Source: Chiloscyllium plagiosum (Eukaryota). Taken from it: a stretch of DNA of 64,000 nt. The notes under the pieces were generated by a model. That model was given only the letters and a program-made list of their open reading frames with translations. It was not told the origin of the DNA and searched no databases. Positions 13,314 to 26,682 of the stretch are shown in pieces (position 1 is the first letter of the stretch; every line of letters starts with the position of its first letter). A program made the position numbers and the translations under genes. The DNA lies in assembly GCF_004010195.1 (NCBI RefSeq), contig NC_057718.1:15543416-15607415 (forward strand), given 5' to 3'.

Positions 13314-14278
13314 CTGAAAAAGAAAAGAAATTGAGTTGGATCTTTAATGCCAAGTTACATTCAATAAAATCACCCTACATTCATAACACCGAGAGACTGT
13401 AGAACATTACTACATGGTAATCCAGAAGTCTCGGCTAATGCTTGAAGGACATGGATTCACCACTCAGATGTTGGTTTGAAACAAATTGAAACTGCAGTAC
13501 TGGATACCATGACGACTATCGCTGATTACAGTAAAAACCCATTTGGTTGATTTTAGGGAATGAAATCGACCATTCTTAACACAGGTCTGGCCTACCTGTG
13601 ACTCCAAACCCCATAGCAATGTGGTTAATTCCAAACTACCATCCGAAATGACCCAGCAAGCCACTCAGTTCAAGGGCAATTAGGAATGATTGATAAATGC
13701 TGATCTAGCATGTGATGAACACTTTCCATGAAAGAATAGATTAAAAATAAAGACATCTCTGCCTTATATCATTCGTCAATGGCAAGCATTCCACATTCCA
13801 GACTGATTGACATTTCAGTGTCAACTACCATTCAGTTAGTAACCATACACTACCATCAAAACATTAGGTAATCAAAGGCTCAATAATAACTGAAGCCAAT
13901 TATAATCAAAAAATCAATTTAGAGATTTGGATTACCTCAGGACAAAGAACAAAGCATAAATAAAGAATGAATTATCACTAAAACCTACTACTGAATTATT
14001 ACTTTAATTTTATTCAAAAATACTAGGCAAGGTTTATAATATTTACAAGTTAAGTTTTCTCTTGAATGAATTTCCTGGCTCATATGGTGTAGTTTAATTG
14101 AGCTGTTACATGATCCTACTTATTAGTGAAAAAGTGATGTGAATTTATCAACCAGCACCTACACACGCATTTGGACAACGTGATCTGCCAAGTCATTTAG
14201 TCACTGGGTAGAGTACAGCCAATACATTGTTCACTGTTGTTGGGCCCGATCGAAACAAGAAACTGCATAATATATTTG

Positions 14279-14598
14279 GGGGCGGCATGGTGGCACGGTG
14301 GTTAGCACTGCTGCCTCACAGCGCCAGAGACCCGGGTTCAATTCCCGCCTCAGGCAACAGACTGTGTGGAGTTTGCACATTCTCCCTGTGTCTGCGTGGG
14401 TTTCCTCCGGGTGCTCCAGTTTCCTCCCACAGTCCAAAAATGTGCAGGTTAGGTGAATTGGCCATGCTAAATTGCCCGTAGTGCTAGGTGCAGGGGTAAA
14501 TGTAGGGGAATGGGTCTGGTTGGGTGTGCTTTGGTGGGTTGGTGTGGACTTGTTGGGCTGAAGGGCCTGTTTCCACACTGTAAGTAATCTAATCTAAT
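14279..14598 (+). mobile_element. HE1-type tRNA-derived SINE, full length
   Basis: Box A tggcacggtgg, box B ggttcaattcc, (aatct)n tail. Confidence 0.9.
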
Positions 14599-15112
14599 AT
14601 TCTGAATACATCATACTCCTATTGCATAATGGTCATCTGGAGGATACACATTGTCTTCCACCTGTCATGTCTCAGGAACTGGAAGTTTTCAATTACATCT
14701 TCCTCTTGTGTTCCTCTCCCATTTAGATTTTTTTTAATCTGTGTGCTGTTCTGCTGTCCCTGCAATGACCCTTCCTAATATCATCCTCACTGTGCTCTTC
14801 CCTCAGTTCTTTCCCATTGCTACAACAATCATGGTGTCCTCATTTTTCTCACCCTTCAATCCCATTATATGTACCTTTTTGAGTAAGATTCTGCCACTCA
14901 GACATATCTCATAATGATCGATCTTCCTGCTCCTCGGATGCTGCCTGACCTGCTGTGCTTTTCCAGCCCTATTCTAATCTAGACTCAATGTGGTAAGCCT
15001 TTTTTTTAAAATTACATCTTGATCTTTCAAGATCCTTACTTCACAGTAACTCTTCTCTAGCTCTGGGTGTTTTCACTTTATTTCTCCTTCTGTTGTCCCT
15101 CAGGTTCAAGGA

Positions 15113-15652
15113 TAGAGTCATAGAGTCATAGAGATGTACAGCACGGAAACAGACCCTTCGGTCCAACCCGTCCATGCCGAACAGATATCCCAACCCAATC
15201 TAGTCCCACCTCCCAGCACCTGGCCCATATCCCTTCAAACCCTTCCTATTCATATACACATCCAGATGCCTTTTAAATGTTGCAATCATACCAGCCTCCA
15301 CCACTTCCCCTGGCAGCTCATTCCATACATGTACCACCTGCTGCATGAAAAAGTTGTCCCACAGGTCTCTTTTATATCTTTCCCCTCTCACCCTAACCCT
15401 ATTCCCTCTAGTTCTAGACTCCCAGGGAAGAGACTTTGCCTATTTACCCAATCCATGCCCCTTATAATTTTATAAACCTCTATAAGGTCACCCCTACTTA
15501 CCCAATGAAAACAGCCCTAGCTTATTCAACCTCTCCCTATAGCTCAAATCCTCCAACCATGGCAACATCCTTGTAAATCTTTTCTGAACCCTTTCAAGTT
15601 TCACAACATCCTTACGATAGGAAGGACACCAGAATTGCACACAATATTCCAA
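15113..15652 (-). mobile_element. HER1/CR1 LINE 3' fragment
   Basis: (agtcatag)n tail, WNELPGEVVEAG. Confidence 0.9.
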
Positions 15653-15789
15653 AATTCAGGAGTGGGTCTGCAGGGATTGAATAGTCCAACCTTGAAGCAG
15701 CAGACTCTGCCATGTGTGGGGAGGTAGTGTTTGATGAAGCATTAGGGCTAAGAACACTCTGGATTCTGCCTACTCTTTCTTGCTGCCTA

Positions 15790-15975
15790 TCCCCATTACC
15801 TACATTTCTCACAGCTAATCCACCTAGCCTAAACACCATTGGACCAAGGAGAAAACCCACCCAGACACAGGGGAGAATATACAAACTCCACACAGACAGT
15901 TGCCCCAGGCTGGGATCAAACCCAGGTCTCTGGTGCTAAAAGGCAGCAGTGTTAGCCACTAAGCCACTGTGCCTC
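15790..15975 (-). mobile_element. HE1-type SINE fragment
   Basis: aaactccacacagacagt...ggcagcagtgttagccact. Confidence 0.7.
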
Positions 15976-16904
15976 ACCAGACAGAGGCTGTTGACAGAGC
16001 TGAAGGTCTTTGTGAGATTGGAGAAGGCCAAATACAGTGGCAAAACTCAGTATAGAATTTAAAATGCTTCTTGATAAAACTAAGTTAATTTTGAATATCT
16101 TATCTCACTTTGTCTCTGTTTGGGATTTCTATATATTTATTCATTTTAACCATTGTAAGGTCAATCCTGCAAGACTCTAATTTTCATTTAATTCATTAAT
16201 CTGGGGGAGACTGTTCTCTGAGACCAAAGACTGTTAGCATTTATTCAGTTAACTGAAGTGAGTTTAATGTGGGAGAACCTCTTTGCTGTTAATACACTTA
16301 GTGAATTATCCCAGACAATGTAATTGATTCTATTTACAGAATGTCTATTTTCAGGTTGAAGACTAAATTTACTTCAGTTAATTTAGGGATAGCCTCTATT
16401 TGAACATTCAGTTGTAATTTCTGCTGCCACCAAGAAGTTATTATTGAATTAATTAACCTTAGAAAATGTGCTTTCTGCTTCCTCCCAGTCTTACTTTGGT
16501 TCTCCTGAGCCTGTTCTATCTTCATTAGCTCCACAGTTCCTCCTTTACACTCCCAATCATTTTCCATTATTTCATTTACTTCTTCCACTTAAACTATTAT
16601 GTGTTTTACCTATTTTTAGGGTGTTGACATCACTAGCATGGCCAGCTCATGTAGTCTAATCATTACGTCCACTCAGAAGGTGGGATGGGGAACTATTTCT
16701 TGAATCCCTAATAATGATTTATTACAATTTTAGACTTGGTCACTCAACAGTCCTCAGTGGTCATGTGTGTCTACAATGACCTTTGAGTCTCTTTACCTCC
16801 ATAACTCACTATATTCAGATTCTGCATTCTCTGGTCCTCCATATCAATTGCTCCATGAATTCTACTCTCCACACGTACTGACGGCCATTTTGTAGGATAG
16901 AACT

Positions 16905-17390
16905 TGAGTAATGCTTAAAAAAGGACACATTTTGTTGAAGCTTTCATTTTGCAATCATCAGACCAAGAATTACTCTGAAACCCAATGTAAGATTGTCACT
17001 CAGGCTTGCAGTGTGATGTTCTGGGAGATACATATGTTATTGTACAAACAGAAAGAACACAAACAAACAGTGCGCTTGTTCCAACTCAATGAAACAGGTG
17101 ACAACCATGCTTGGGTATATTTCTCAGGGCAATGTCTTGACCAATCAGACTCAATCTACCTGATTTAAATTTAAACAAAGGTTTGCCATAAACTGTCAAT
17201 CATCATCTAAGTGGTGCATTTTCCATGACAATGCTTCTATCAATCAGAATCTACTTGCCTACCAATCAGCACTCTACTCTCATACAAATAAAATGAATGT
17301 CTTCCCTTTATGTTGGTAATCCTTGAGAACTGACCTAATGAATGTAAGATGAAAAGTGTTGACAAAATCTGACTTTACTCAACAATATTT
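16905..17390. mobile_element. Old inverted-repeat element, probably Penelope-derived
   Basis: cacattttgttgaagctttcat...tcatcag mirrored by cctaatgaatgtaagatgaaaagtgttgacaaaat; relatives near 19650, 20750 and 46800. Confidence 0.45.
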
Positions 17391-17658
17391 ACTTATTTGA
17401 TCCTGTGTCCCACCTTCTGCAAATGGATTAAAAAAGAGACAACCAATTTGGTGTACAGTAATTTTTTTTTAAAAATGCATTTAAGAGAATAGTATCAGCC
17501 TCAGAGTTAACAACTTTCATCACTAGCTGATAACGATGCTTAGATACGTGAATAACCTCACTCTTCAACAACCTAAACACTACATGAATATAAAATAAAA
17601 TCTTACCTGATCCTGCTGGGAGGAGTATAGATTTCTGGAACTATTATTTCTCTACCCA

Positions 17659-18003
17659 GGGGCAGCACAGTGGCTCAGTGGTTAGCACTGCTGCCTCACA
17701 ACGCCAGGGACACGGGTTTGATTCTACTCTCAGGTGACTGTTTGTGTGGAGTTTGCACATTCTTCCCATGTCTGTGTGGATCCTCTCTGGGAAATCTGGC
17801 TTCCTCCCACAGTCCAAAGATGTGCGTATTAAATGGATTGGCCATGCTGAATTTTCCATAGTGCCCAGGGATCTGCAGGGCTAGGTGGATTAGCTATGGA
17901 AAATGCAGGGATATGGGGTGGGTCTTGGTGGGATGCTGTTCAGAGGGTTGGTGAGGACTTGATGGGTCAAATGGCCTGTTTCCACACTGTAGGGATTCTA
18001 TGA
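17659..18003 (+). mobile_element. HE1-type SINE
   Basis: ggggcagcacagtggctcagtggttagcactgctgcc. Confidence 0.88.
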
Positions 18004-19401
18004 ATATGTGGAACTACTTGTGCCATTTTTCTTTATCGCCTTTTCTCCTAGAATTCTAACCCGATTTTATTAGTCTTTTTTTAATCTAATCACTATCTTT
18101 TGGTCAATAGCCTATAATGGGGATTGATAGCTATGTGACTTAATCTGGAAAGAGTCATCATAAGAAGATAAGAAATAGGAGTAGGCAAACAGCCTTCAGA
18201 TCATTGTGCCTGTTCTAACATTCAATGCAATCACGGTTGACCCGATAGTGGCCTTAACACCACGTTCCTGCCCAGTGCCTTTAACTCATGACTCCCTTGT
18301 CAATCAAAATTTGTTTAATTCAGTTTTGAATATATTCAATGATCCAACTTCCTCTATTCTTAAGGGAAGAGAAATACAAAGACTAATAACCCTCTGAGAG
18401 AAGAAATTCCTCATCATCTACGTTCATTTTCAGAAACCAGGACCCATTAATTAAACTGGTTAGATTCCTTAATGAGAGTAAACATCTCTCGATATTGACC
18501 TTATCATCACTCTTATGTTTTAATAGGACCACATCTCAGTTTTCTAAACTCCATTGAGTATGGGACATAGTCTGAAAATTAGGGTCAAATCATTGAGGAG
18601 AGATGTTAGAAAGAATGTCTCCGCATAAAGGATGGTGAGATTTGAAATTGTCTTCCAGAAACGGCAGTAGATGCTGGAGCATTAGATTAGATTAGATTAG
18701 ATTACTTACAGTGTGGAAACAGGCCCTTCGGCCCAACAAGTCCACACCGACCCGATGGTGAGATTTGAAATTGTCTTCCAGAAACGGCAGTAGATGCTGG
18801 AGCAGTTGTAGATTATAAATCTGAGATAGGTGATTAGTTTTGTTAAGCAGATGTATTAAGGGATATGGATGAAAGATAGGCATATGGATTTAGGCCACAG
18901 ATCAGCCATGATTTATTGAATGGTTCAACAGGCTTGAGGAGCTGAATGGCCTTCTCCTGTTCCTTTGAGCATTGGCCCAATCCCTGCTTGGCCTTCCCTC
19001 ATCAGACAAACACTTCCATTCTAAGGCTGGTTGAAATGAATAGTGGTTAGCTCTCTACTTCCAACTGGTTTTTTTCTACTATTCTTTTGAAATGGTTAAT
19101 GGTTAATGAAGTGGGTAAAGCCAATTTCTAAAGTGTATGAGCAATACTTAATCATCTTTATTAGTGTGCAATATTTGAATAAGTATTTTTGAGATGTTCT
19201 AGGCTTTAGTTTATGCTTATGCTTAATCAGTTTTGATTCACACTCCCTCACCCATTACTAGTACCTCCTCCCAGTCTACACATCACCCACTCATCACTTC
19301 AAAGGTATTACTTTTCACCAAGTACCCATTAATCCCATTTCATAGTAAATACCAATGTCCAGTGCCGACCTTCAAACAGCTACTTAATAGCTAATCCTTA
19401 C

Positions 19402-19608
19402 CTGGTACTGTTTATCAGGTTCTTGATTTTGATGAATTATTTTGAACAACCCATCGCATGTCAATGGGATTATCCCTCTATCTGGACCATAACCAATCAT
19501 AGAGTAGCTCTTTCCTGAGCCCGTCTGACCATAGGCTAGTAGAGTGGCGTTGTATCCCTTCCATGCATTATTCAGCATTTCTTGGCCAAGATCATCAAAT
19601 ACTCTTTT
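19402..19608 (-). CDS. KIF28: KIF28-like coding exon 3 with P-loop (GYNATLLAYGQTGSGKSYSMIG)
   Basis: 207 nt, phase 0-0, ttcttag| and |gtaagg; Walker A GQTGSGKS. Confidence 0.93.
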
Positions 19609-19766
19609 CTAAGAAAACAAATTTTAAACAAAATTCAATGTTTTTCTTTTCTTTCCATTTCATTCATCAGGACAGTTGCAAAAATGCCAAATCTGAAACT
19701 GAACAACACTTTACTGCATGAGAATCAGGGTTGATTGGTTGGCAACTAGACTCTGATTCTTTGATG

Positions 19767-20027
19767 ATGGCAAAGTGGTTAGCACTGCTGCCTCACAGTG
19801 CCAGGGCCTTGGGTTTGATTCCAGCCTTGGGCAAATTTGCATGTTCTCCCCATGTCTGTATGGGTGCTCTGGTTTCCTCCCACAGTCCAAATATGTGCAG
19901 GTTAGGTAGATTGGCCTTGAGAAATGTAGGACTACAGGGATGGGGTTGGGATTGGGATGTTCTTTGGAAAGTCAGTGAAGACACAATGGGCCAAGTGCCT
20001 CCTTCTGCACTGTAGGGATTCTATGAT
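19767..20027 (+). mobile_element. HE1-type SINE, diverged
   Basis: agtggttagcactgctgcctcacag. Confidence 0.8.
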
Positions 20028-20035
20028 TGATTGCA

Positions 20036-20248
20036 TCCAAAGTCACATGACACCAGGTTATAGTCCAACAGGTTTATTTGAAATCACAAGTTTTTGGAGA
20101 GCTGCTACCTCATTCGAGTGAAGTCACCACTTGATGAAGGAGCAGCGCTCAGAAAGCTTGTGATTTCAAATAAACCTGTTGGTGTATAACCTGGTTTCAT
20201 GTGACTTCTGACTTTGTCCACCCCAGTGCAACACTGGCACCTCCACAT
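20036..20248. mobile_element. Decayed family A palindromic Penelope mini-element
   Basis: caccaggttatagtccaacagg / cctgttggtgtataacctgg arms, eroded hammerhead core, same tail as 48957-48993. Confidence 0.72.
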
Positions 20249-22038
20249 TATGACTCATTGAGTCATTGCCATGAAGAATGCATCTAAACTTTACCCAAAT
20301 TTTTTTGTTTAATTGTAAAGGTACTTTTTTTAACACTTGTTGGCCAACATCATCAAATGGTCATCTTGAAGAAAACACATTTTAAACAAAATTCAGCAAT
20401 TTTTTAAATCCTTAAGTGTGCTGTGATATAATCTCTGGGATTTATACATGTCATTTTTAATGTTATTTGTTGTAAGAGTTTGGGTTTTTGTTTTTTCGGT
20501 CAGTAATTTTTTGGGTTTTTTTGTATCTCAGAAGTTAATAATAACTTGTAAACTTTTCTGTAGTCATGGTGATTTTTTTTAACGAATAGTTTTTGAGGCC
20601 TGACCTTAATGTGAATGTGTTTTGTGCAACATTAACTTTCTTCTGGTGCATTCTCCATGGAAGTGCCTCAGAGTCCAGTTACTAACCAATCAGCATTCTG
20701 TTGTTGTTGCAGTATAAATTCTTATTCCCTTTGAGATCTGGCATTCTTGCATCTGTCCTGATGAGTACAAGATTAAAATAAAGCTTCAATAGCATGTCCC
20801 TTTTCTTCAATGATATTTAAGTTTTGAAATGTTTAGTCTAGTAGTCAAGTCGACGAAATCTGTTCTTACAATCTAGCCCTTTAAAGCGCTGATATCATGC
20901 TGGTGAATCTGTGTTGTACCCATTCCAAGACCAATATCTTCTTCCAGGGGGTCTGCTGCTCAGAATTGAATGCATGTCTCCAGGCAGAGTCAGATCAGAG
21001 CTGTATACAGCTGTAAACTAATTTCCACCCCATTATATTCCAAATGTCTTGAGTTGAAAATCAATTTGTTTTTTAAATTATTTTTGTAACTGTCCAAAAC
21101 ATTTTAGTCATTCTGTGCTTGAATCTGTAAGCTTCTCTGCTCATCTTTAATTCCCAGCCCATGGCTGTTTAGAAAATGCTCTTGATGTATGAAAGATCAA
21201 ATATAAATTTGAATAACATTTTAAACAAATGCAAAGTTCAAAGTCTAGCTTTTTGGCATTCCACATAATCTGAACCATTCTCCTACAGAGACCCCAGCAC
21301 ATGCCTTATTCAGTCTGATTTTTAAAAATTCTCTTGGTGGTGGTACATTGACTGGGAACAGTACAGGAAAGAGGAGAGGAGTATAATTTGAAAGAGAGAT
21401 ATGTACCCCTACAAAAATTAAACTTCAGGTAACAAAGCTAATGTCTGTACATAATTAAAGTGTACATACAGTAATTAAAGTGTACATACAGTGACTGTAA
21501 TTTTGGGATTTACAGATTCTCAGGAGAAAGCCTCACTTTATTAGATTATACTTCATAATTCAATTATATTTATTGTCCTTTTCTAATAGTGAAAATAAAA
21601 GAAAAGAAAAATAGCCAGTTCAGTTCAGCACATTAATTTGAATAGATGTATTTTAACAGATAATGGGTACAGCTGCAAGTCATGGACTGCAGTAGTTCAA
21701 GAAGTAATCTTATCACCATTTTCTCCAGTGGAACTAGGGATGGGCAATAAATGCTGGGCTAACCAGGAATATCCACATACCATGAAAAAAAATGAAAAAA
21801 ATCTTCCACACGTTAATCCATTCTTGAAACTATTGTGATAAAATGTCACAAAGAATGTGAAAGGAAATATCGTCACTTGAAATGAATGTTCCTGGTGTTT
21901 CTTATACATGCGCTGCAGAATGGCTCCTGAAGCCATGCAAAACTCCTGCAATATGGAACCGAAGAGTCTGACCACATCCTGTGCTCTTAATAAAGTCAAC
22001 ATTGTCTTCTCTAAAGTTCCTTCCAGATGGCATTTTAC

Positions 22039-22230
22039 CTGGTCTGCATATTTGCTCGCAGGTCCATCTGGAATAAGAATTCCTTCCTTGTTTTTGATAA
22101 ATCCATTGTGTGACCAGTAGGACAGGTCAAATAAAAAGGTTTTTGTGTTGTTCCGATTTCTGGGATGACAAACTGTGATACTGTTTAAAACCATGGAAAT
22201 AATGCAACAGCTTCCCGCATCTTTCTCCAT
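22039..22230 (-). CDS. KIF28: KIF28-like coding exon 2 (MEKDAG...KTFLFDLSYWSHNGF...YADQ)
   Basis: 192 nt, phase 0-0, caacag| and |gtaaaa; kinesin-3 FxFDxSYWSH motif. Confidence 0.9.
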
Positions 22231-22554
22231 CTGTTGAGACATGTGAGGGTGACACATTGTTAAAAGAAAGGGCAGTCAGGTAGAAACTAATATAAAAATA
22301 TTTGCAACAATTAATGAGGAATATTCTGGATTACTTTAGGTTAAGGAAACTACAGATTATTCTCTAGGTACAGCTGACGGATGATACCTCTTAATGTCAC
22401 CAGTGTAGACCCTCATATGCCATTACACTAAGTGTAGGCTATGACTATTGACAGGAGTTGTGGTAATGGAGAACATCATGGAAGATGCTAAACACAGGAG
22501 CCTAAAACACATGGTGGGAAAATAAAGCACATTAACATAAGAATACGTGTATGC

Positions 22555-23700
22555 TCACTGCATTAATAGACATTTACAGCATGGAAATAGCCCCTTCAGT
22601 GCAACTTGTCCATGCCACCCAGTTTTCACAATTAGTCCATTCCCATTTGTTTGTGTTTGGTCCATATCTCCCCATACTTTTCCCATCCGTGTATATGTCC
22701 AATGTTTTATGAATGACAAAATTGTACTTGCCTCCACTACTACCTCTTTCAGTCCATTCCAGACACTCATCACCTTCTATGTAAAAAGATTACCCCTCTG
22801 CACCACTTTGTATCTTTCCCGTCTCACCTTAAACTTCTGCCGTCTAGTTTTAGGCTCTCTCATCATGGTGAAACGTTGTTGGCTATTTACCTTATCTATG
22901 CCTCTCATGATTTTATAGACCTCTATAAGGTCATCCCTCAGTCTCCTATGCTCCAGGAAAATAAGTCTCAGCCGATCCAACCTCTCATTATAGCTCAAAT
23001 CTTCCAATCCAGTAGCATCCCTGCCCCTAATTTGCAACTGTCCCCTCATTTTAGCCTCTCCAAAAAAAGGAAACATCCTTTCAGCATCCACCCATCAAGT
23101 CCCCTCAGGGTCTTGTATGTTTCAATAAGATCACTGCTCCTTCCAATGTGTACAGGCCCAGCCTATCGAACCTTTCATCAAAAGATATCCTTTTTCCCAT
23201 CCCAAGTATCAAACAAATGAACCTTCTGAACAACTGCTTTTAATGTATTTACACCCCTTCTTAAATAAAGAGCCCAAAACTGTACAGTGCTTCAGATAAA
23301 GCCGCAACAATGCTTGATACAACAGCAGCAAAACATCCATACTTTTATTTTCTATTTCCCTTGCAATAAAAAAGAACATTCCATTTGCCTTCTTAGTCAC
23401 TTTTTGCATCTGCAGACTAACTTTTGTGAATCATGCACAAGGGTGCCCCGTGTACGTCAGAGTTCAGTAACACCTGCCCACCAGAATATTCTTCTTGCTA
23501 ACATAGATAGGTTCACATTGAACCACATTATAGTTCAGCTGGCAAATTATTGCCCACTCATTTAACCTATCTATATTCTTTTGTAGACTCCTTATATTTT
23601 ATTCACTACTTATGTTTCTACCTATCTTTGCATTTATGAGCAAATTTAGACACCATACCTTTAGTCCCTTCTTCCAATAAATTTTTATAGATAGTTAACA
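22555..23700 (-). mobile_element. Two adjacent CR1 fragments
   Basis: RLRDDLIEVYKIMRG; KKANGMFFFIAR. Confidence 0.75.
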
Positions 23701-24453
23701 ATTGAGAGTTTAACACTCATCCCTTTTGGACATTGTTCGTCAAATCCAACAGGAATAATTTAAATTTACAGTAAATTTTATTGCAACAAATGGAAAGAAT
23801 TTGTCTTTATGTACGCCTTTCACAAACTCAGGTCAACCCAAGGTTTTTCATAGCCAAGGAAACAATCTTAACATGGGAAACATAGTGGCCAATTTGCACA
23901 GCGCAAGGTTCCAAAGACAGAAACATGATGAATGATTGCCAGACAATCTGTTTCTTAAAAAAATACATAAAATGTTATGGCAACAGAGTTAACTTTCTGA
24001 GTCCAATGATTCTTCTTCAGAACTGAAGGGGGCTGGGAAACGATGTTGGTGCTGTTGGCAAAATGAAAATGGAGGTTGAGTGAAACAAATTGTAAGGGTG
24101 TCGAGAATCAAAGACAAAGGGAGAGCTAATGATAGTAAATTTTCTTTCATCTAACCTATTTTTCTAATCAGGCTGTTCAGAGATGTGATTACACACCTTT
24201 AGAGAAGGGGTGGGACTTGAACCCGAGTCTTTCAGTCCAGTGATAGAGATACTACCACTATGCCACAAGAGGGCCCCAAAACCCACTGTGATTTGAATGC
24301 AGGACACCCCAGTTTACCAGGTAGTCGCTTTAACCAACTAAGCCACTGCACTACTAGCTAATTATAGTAAAGGAGAGGTATAGGTGCAGAATAGGTGTTA
24401 TTGATTAGTAGAAAATAGGTCAAGTTTGCTGAGAGCAATTCCACACTATCAAA

Positions 24454-24650
24454 GTGTGGAGGTGTCAGTGTTGGACGAGGGTGGGCAAAGTTAGAAGTTA
24501 CATGACATCAAGTTATAGTACAGCAGGTTTATTTGAAATCACATGCTTTTGGAGCAGTGTTCCTTCATCAGGTGAAGTGGAGGGTGCCTGTGCACTTCCT
24601 GCCACTTCACTTGAAAGAGGAGCAGTGTTCCGAAAGCGTATAACTTCTGA
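24454..24650. mobile_element. Decayed family A Penelope mini-element
   Basis: Tail in reverse, then arm with tccttcatcaggtg and a partial second arm. Confidence 0.6.
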
Positions 24651-26682
24651 CATTGATACTATCGAGGCACAGAGGGGGGATGGGATTTTGATTGATATGA
24701 TGTTGATTAATTGAGAAATATTAGCAGGACACTAGGGAAGAACACCTTTGCTGTTGTTTTTTGAAGTAATGGCATAGAATATTTTTACTTGGGAGGGCAT
24801 TTGGTTTAATGCCCTATCTGAAATACTGACAAAAGAGTTAATGGCATTAAATCAGCTAGTCAATTGGAACTAAATAGCAATCATTTGTAGTTCTTTCTCT
24901 GTGTTTCTCAGTTGTCAATTGTCACCCCATGAAGATGACTTTACCTTATTATCCTCTGTTCATTGACGATAGGGAAAGGTTAGCAGAAGTGGCTGATGGA
25001 GCCATTGTAGGTTTAAAGCTCATATCAGGTTGAGCTGATGGGTCATTAATGAAACATTAGTTTCCAACAGATACTTTTACAATTATAATTTAATAATGAA
25101 TTCTCGTACTGAGTGTTGACTGGGGATCAGTGCTTAGAAATGAAGTAACTTTCAAAAAGGCAATGTTGCTGCTTTTAACTGGACTTGTTGTTGACAAAAA
25201 TAAGCAGACTTGCTTTTCAAATATATGCATCCTCTTGGGGATCATGGAACAACATATAACCTATCAGTAAAAACACTAGTCTCCATGTAAGGTGTATGAT
25301 TTATGTCTATTTTAATATAATTTATTTTGAATTATGAATAGTGGTACATGAATTTTGTGCATGTCTGAAGGGATTTAACAAATAACTTTTAATATTTCTG
25401 TAGCCATGTTGATTGCTTTTAAAAAGGCATGAAAGAGAAACATCTTCAAAAATAGCACGGTTTTAATTACTTTGGGAGAGTTTATGAGTGACAAAGTAAA
25501 CAATGCACAGCATTAGATATTCAAATAGAAGATTCTGGATTTTTGGAGGCGTTTAAGAAGAAGTAATTAGATTCTCATGACAGGGAACTGAAGCCACAGC
25601 TAAAATTATTTTTTATGTGGAATGGAGATGGATATTCTCTCCGGTGTTTGAGTAGTATAATGGAATTCAGTTGGGATCAATGGAATTGTATTTTTACCAT
25701 GTGTTTCAAAATCTTTAAATTATTGTTATATGTAAATAATTTGGTTTATTCTATTTCATCTTCATTTCTTCTTCATAATAAACCTCTGTTATATTGTTAA
25801 ATTGAAACCTGCAGTATTTTGTGCTTGTGTTTCAGTGAAAGACCACATTGTTAAAACCAAATAAACAAAATATAATCTATCAAGTCAGGTTTTAGTCTGG
25901 CATATGACTTGTCCATTAATAGCACCAACTGGAATAATAACACTGCTTATAAGCAACAAAGACTTCAGCCTCATGTCATCATGAAAACCCTGTTTTTGCT
26001 GGATGGATGTGGACTATGCTTTGAAACTATTTTCTTGGGTTCTGCTCTTGGGTTGGACCATGATGCTCTGCTCCTTTTGAATGCAACTGGGTCAAAGGTG
26101 ATTTTGAAAGTCCCTGAGAGGTATCCTGTTGGAGCTCTTGATGTCAGATTCACTGTGATGAAGCAATCTGGCATTAATACCTGGAAAAATTCATATATAT
26201 ATATGGGTGGAACAGGGAATGAAAACTTGTGTACTCAATGCACTGGAAGTACTTTCTATATAGATGATGTATTGGCCATTTCTAATGCACCACTTTGTTA
26301 GGAAAGACTGAAGATGCTTCAAAAACTTGATCTTCCTTTTGCCATCTGCAATAACAACTTCTTGTTGGTAAGAAGGCTATTGTTTCATTTCTCATGATTA
26401 TATTGGTGTCCTTGCCATGTAAGAAATATATTTATTAATCAAACAGAGCACTCGGTCGATGATCACCAAAACATTGAAGGGTGAAGGGCGTATCCCCTCA
26501 AAAAGGACGACATGTTTGATCACTAATCATTATTGCCACTAGAGCTTCGAGTGTATTCTATTAACCTGTTCAGATCAAAGATAATTTTTTAAGAGGTTTA
26601 GACTATATCATATGGAGTCAGTGTACTTTTCTGCATGTTGCTGAGTGCCAGGAAATTCTTATGACTGTACATAGAGAAGCCT

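Noticed and set aside
14279..14360. tRNA-like A/B boxes
   Set aside because: Head of an HE1 SINE, repeated many times; not a tRNA gene
21452..21492. 20-bp tandem duplication (taattaaagtgtacatacag)
   Set aside because: Ordinary slippage; not an array
25286..25941. Possible solo LTR (TG...CA)
   Set aside because: No clear TSD and no partner copy in the window
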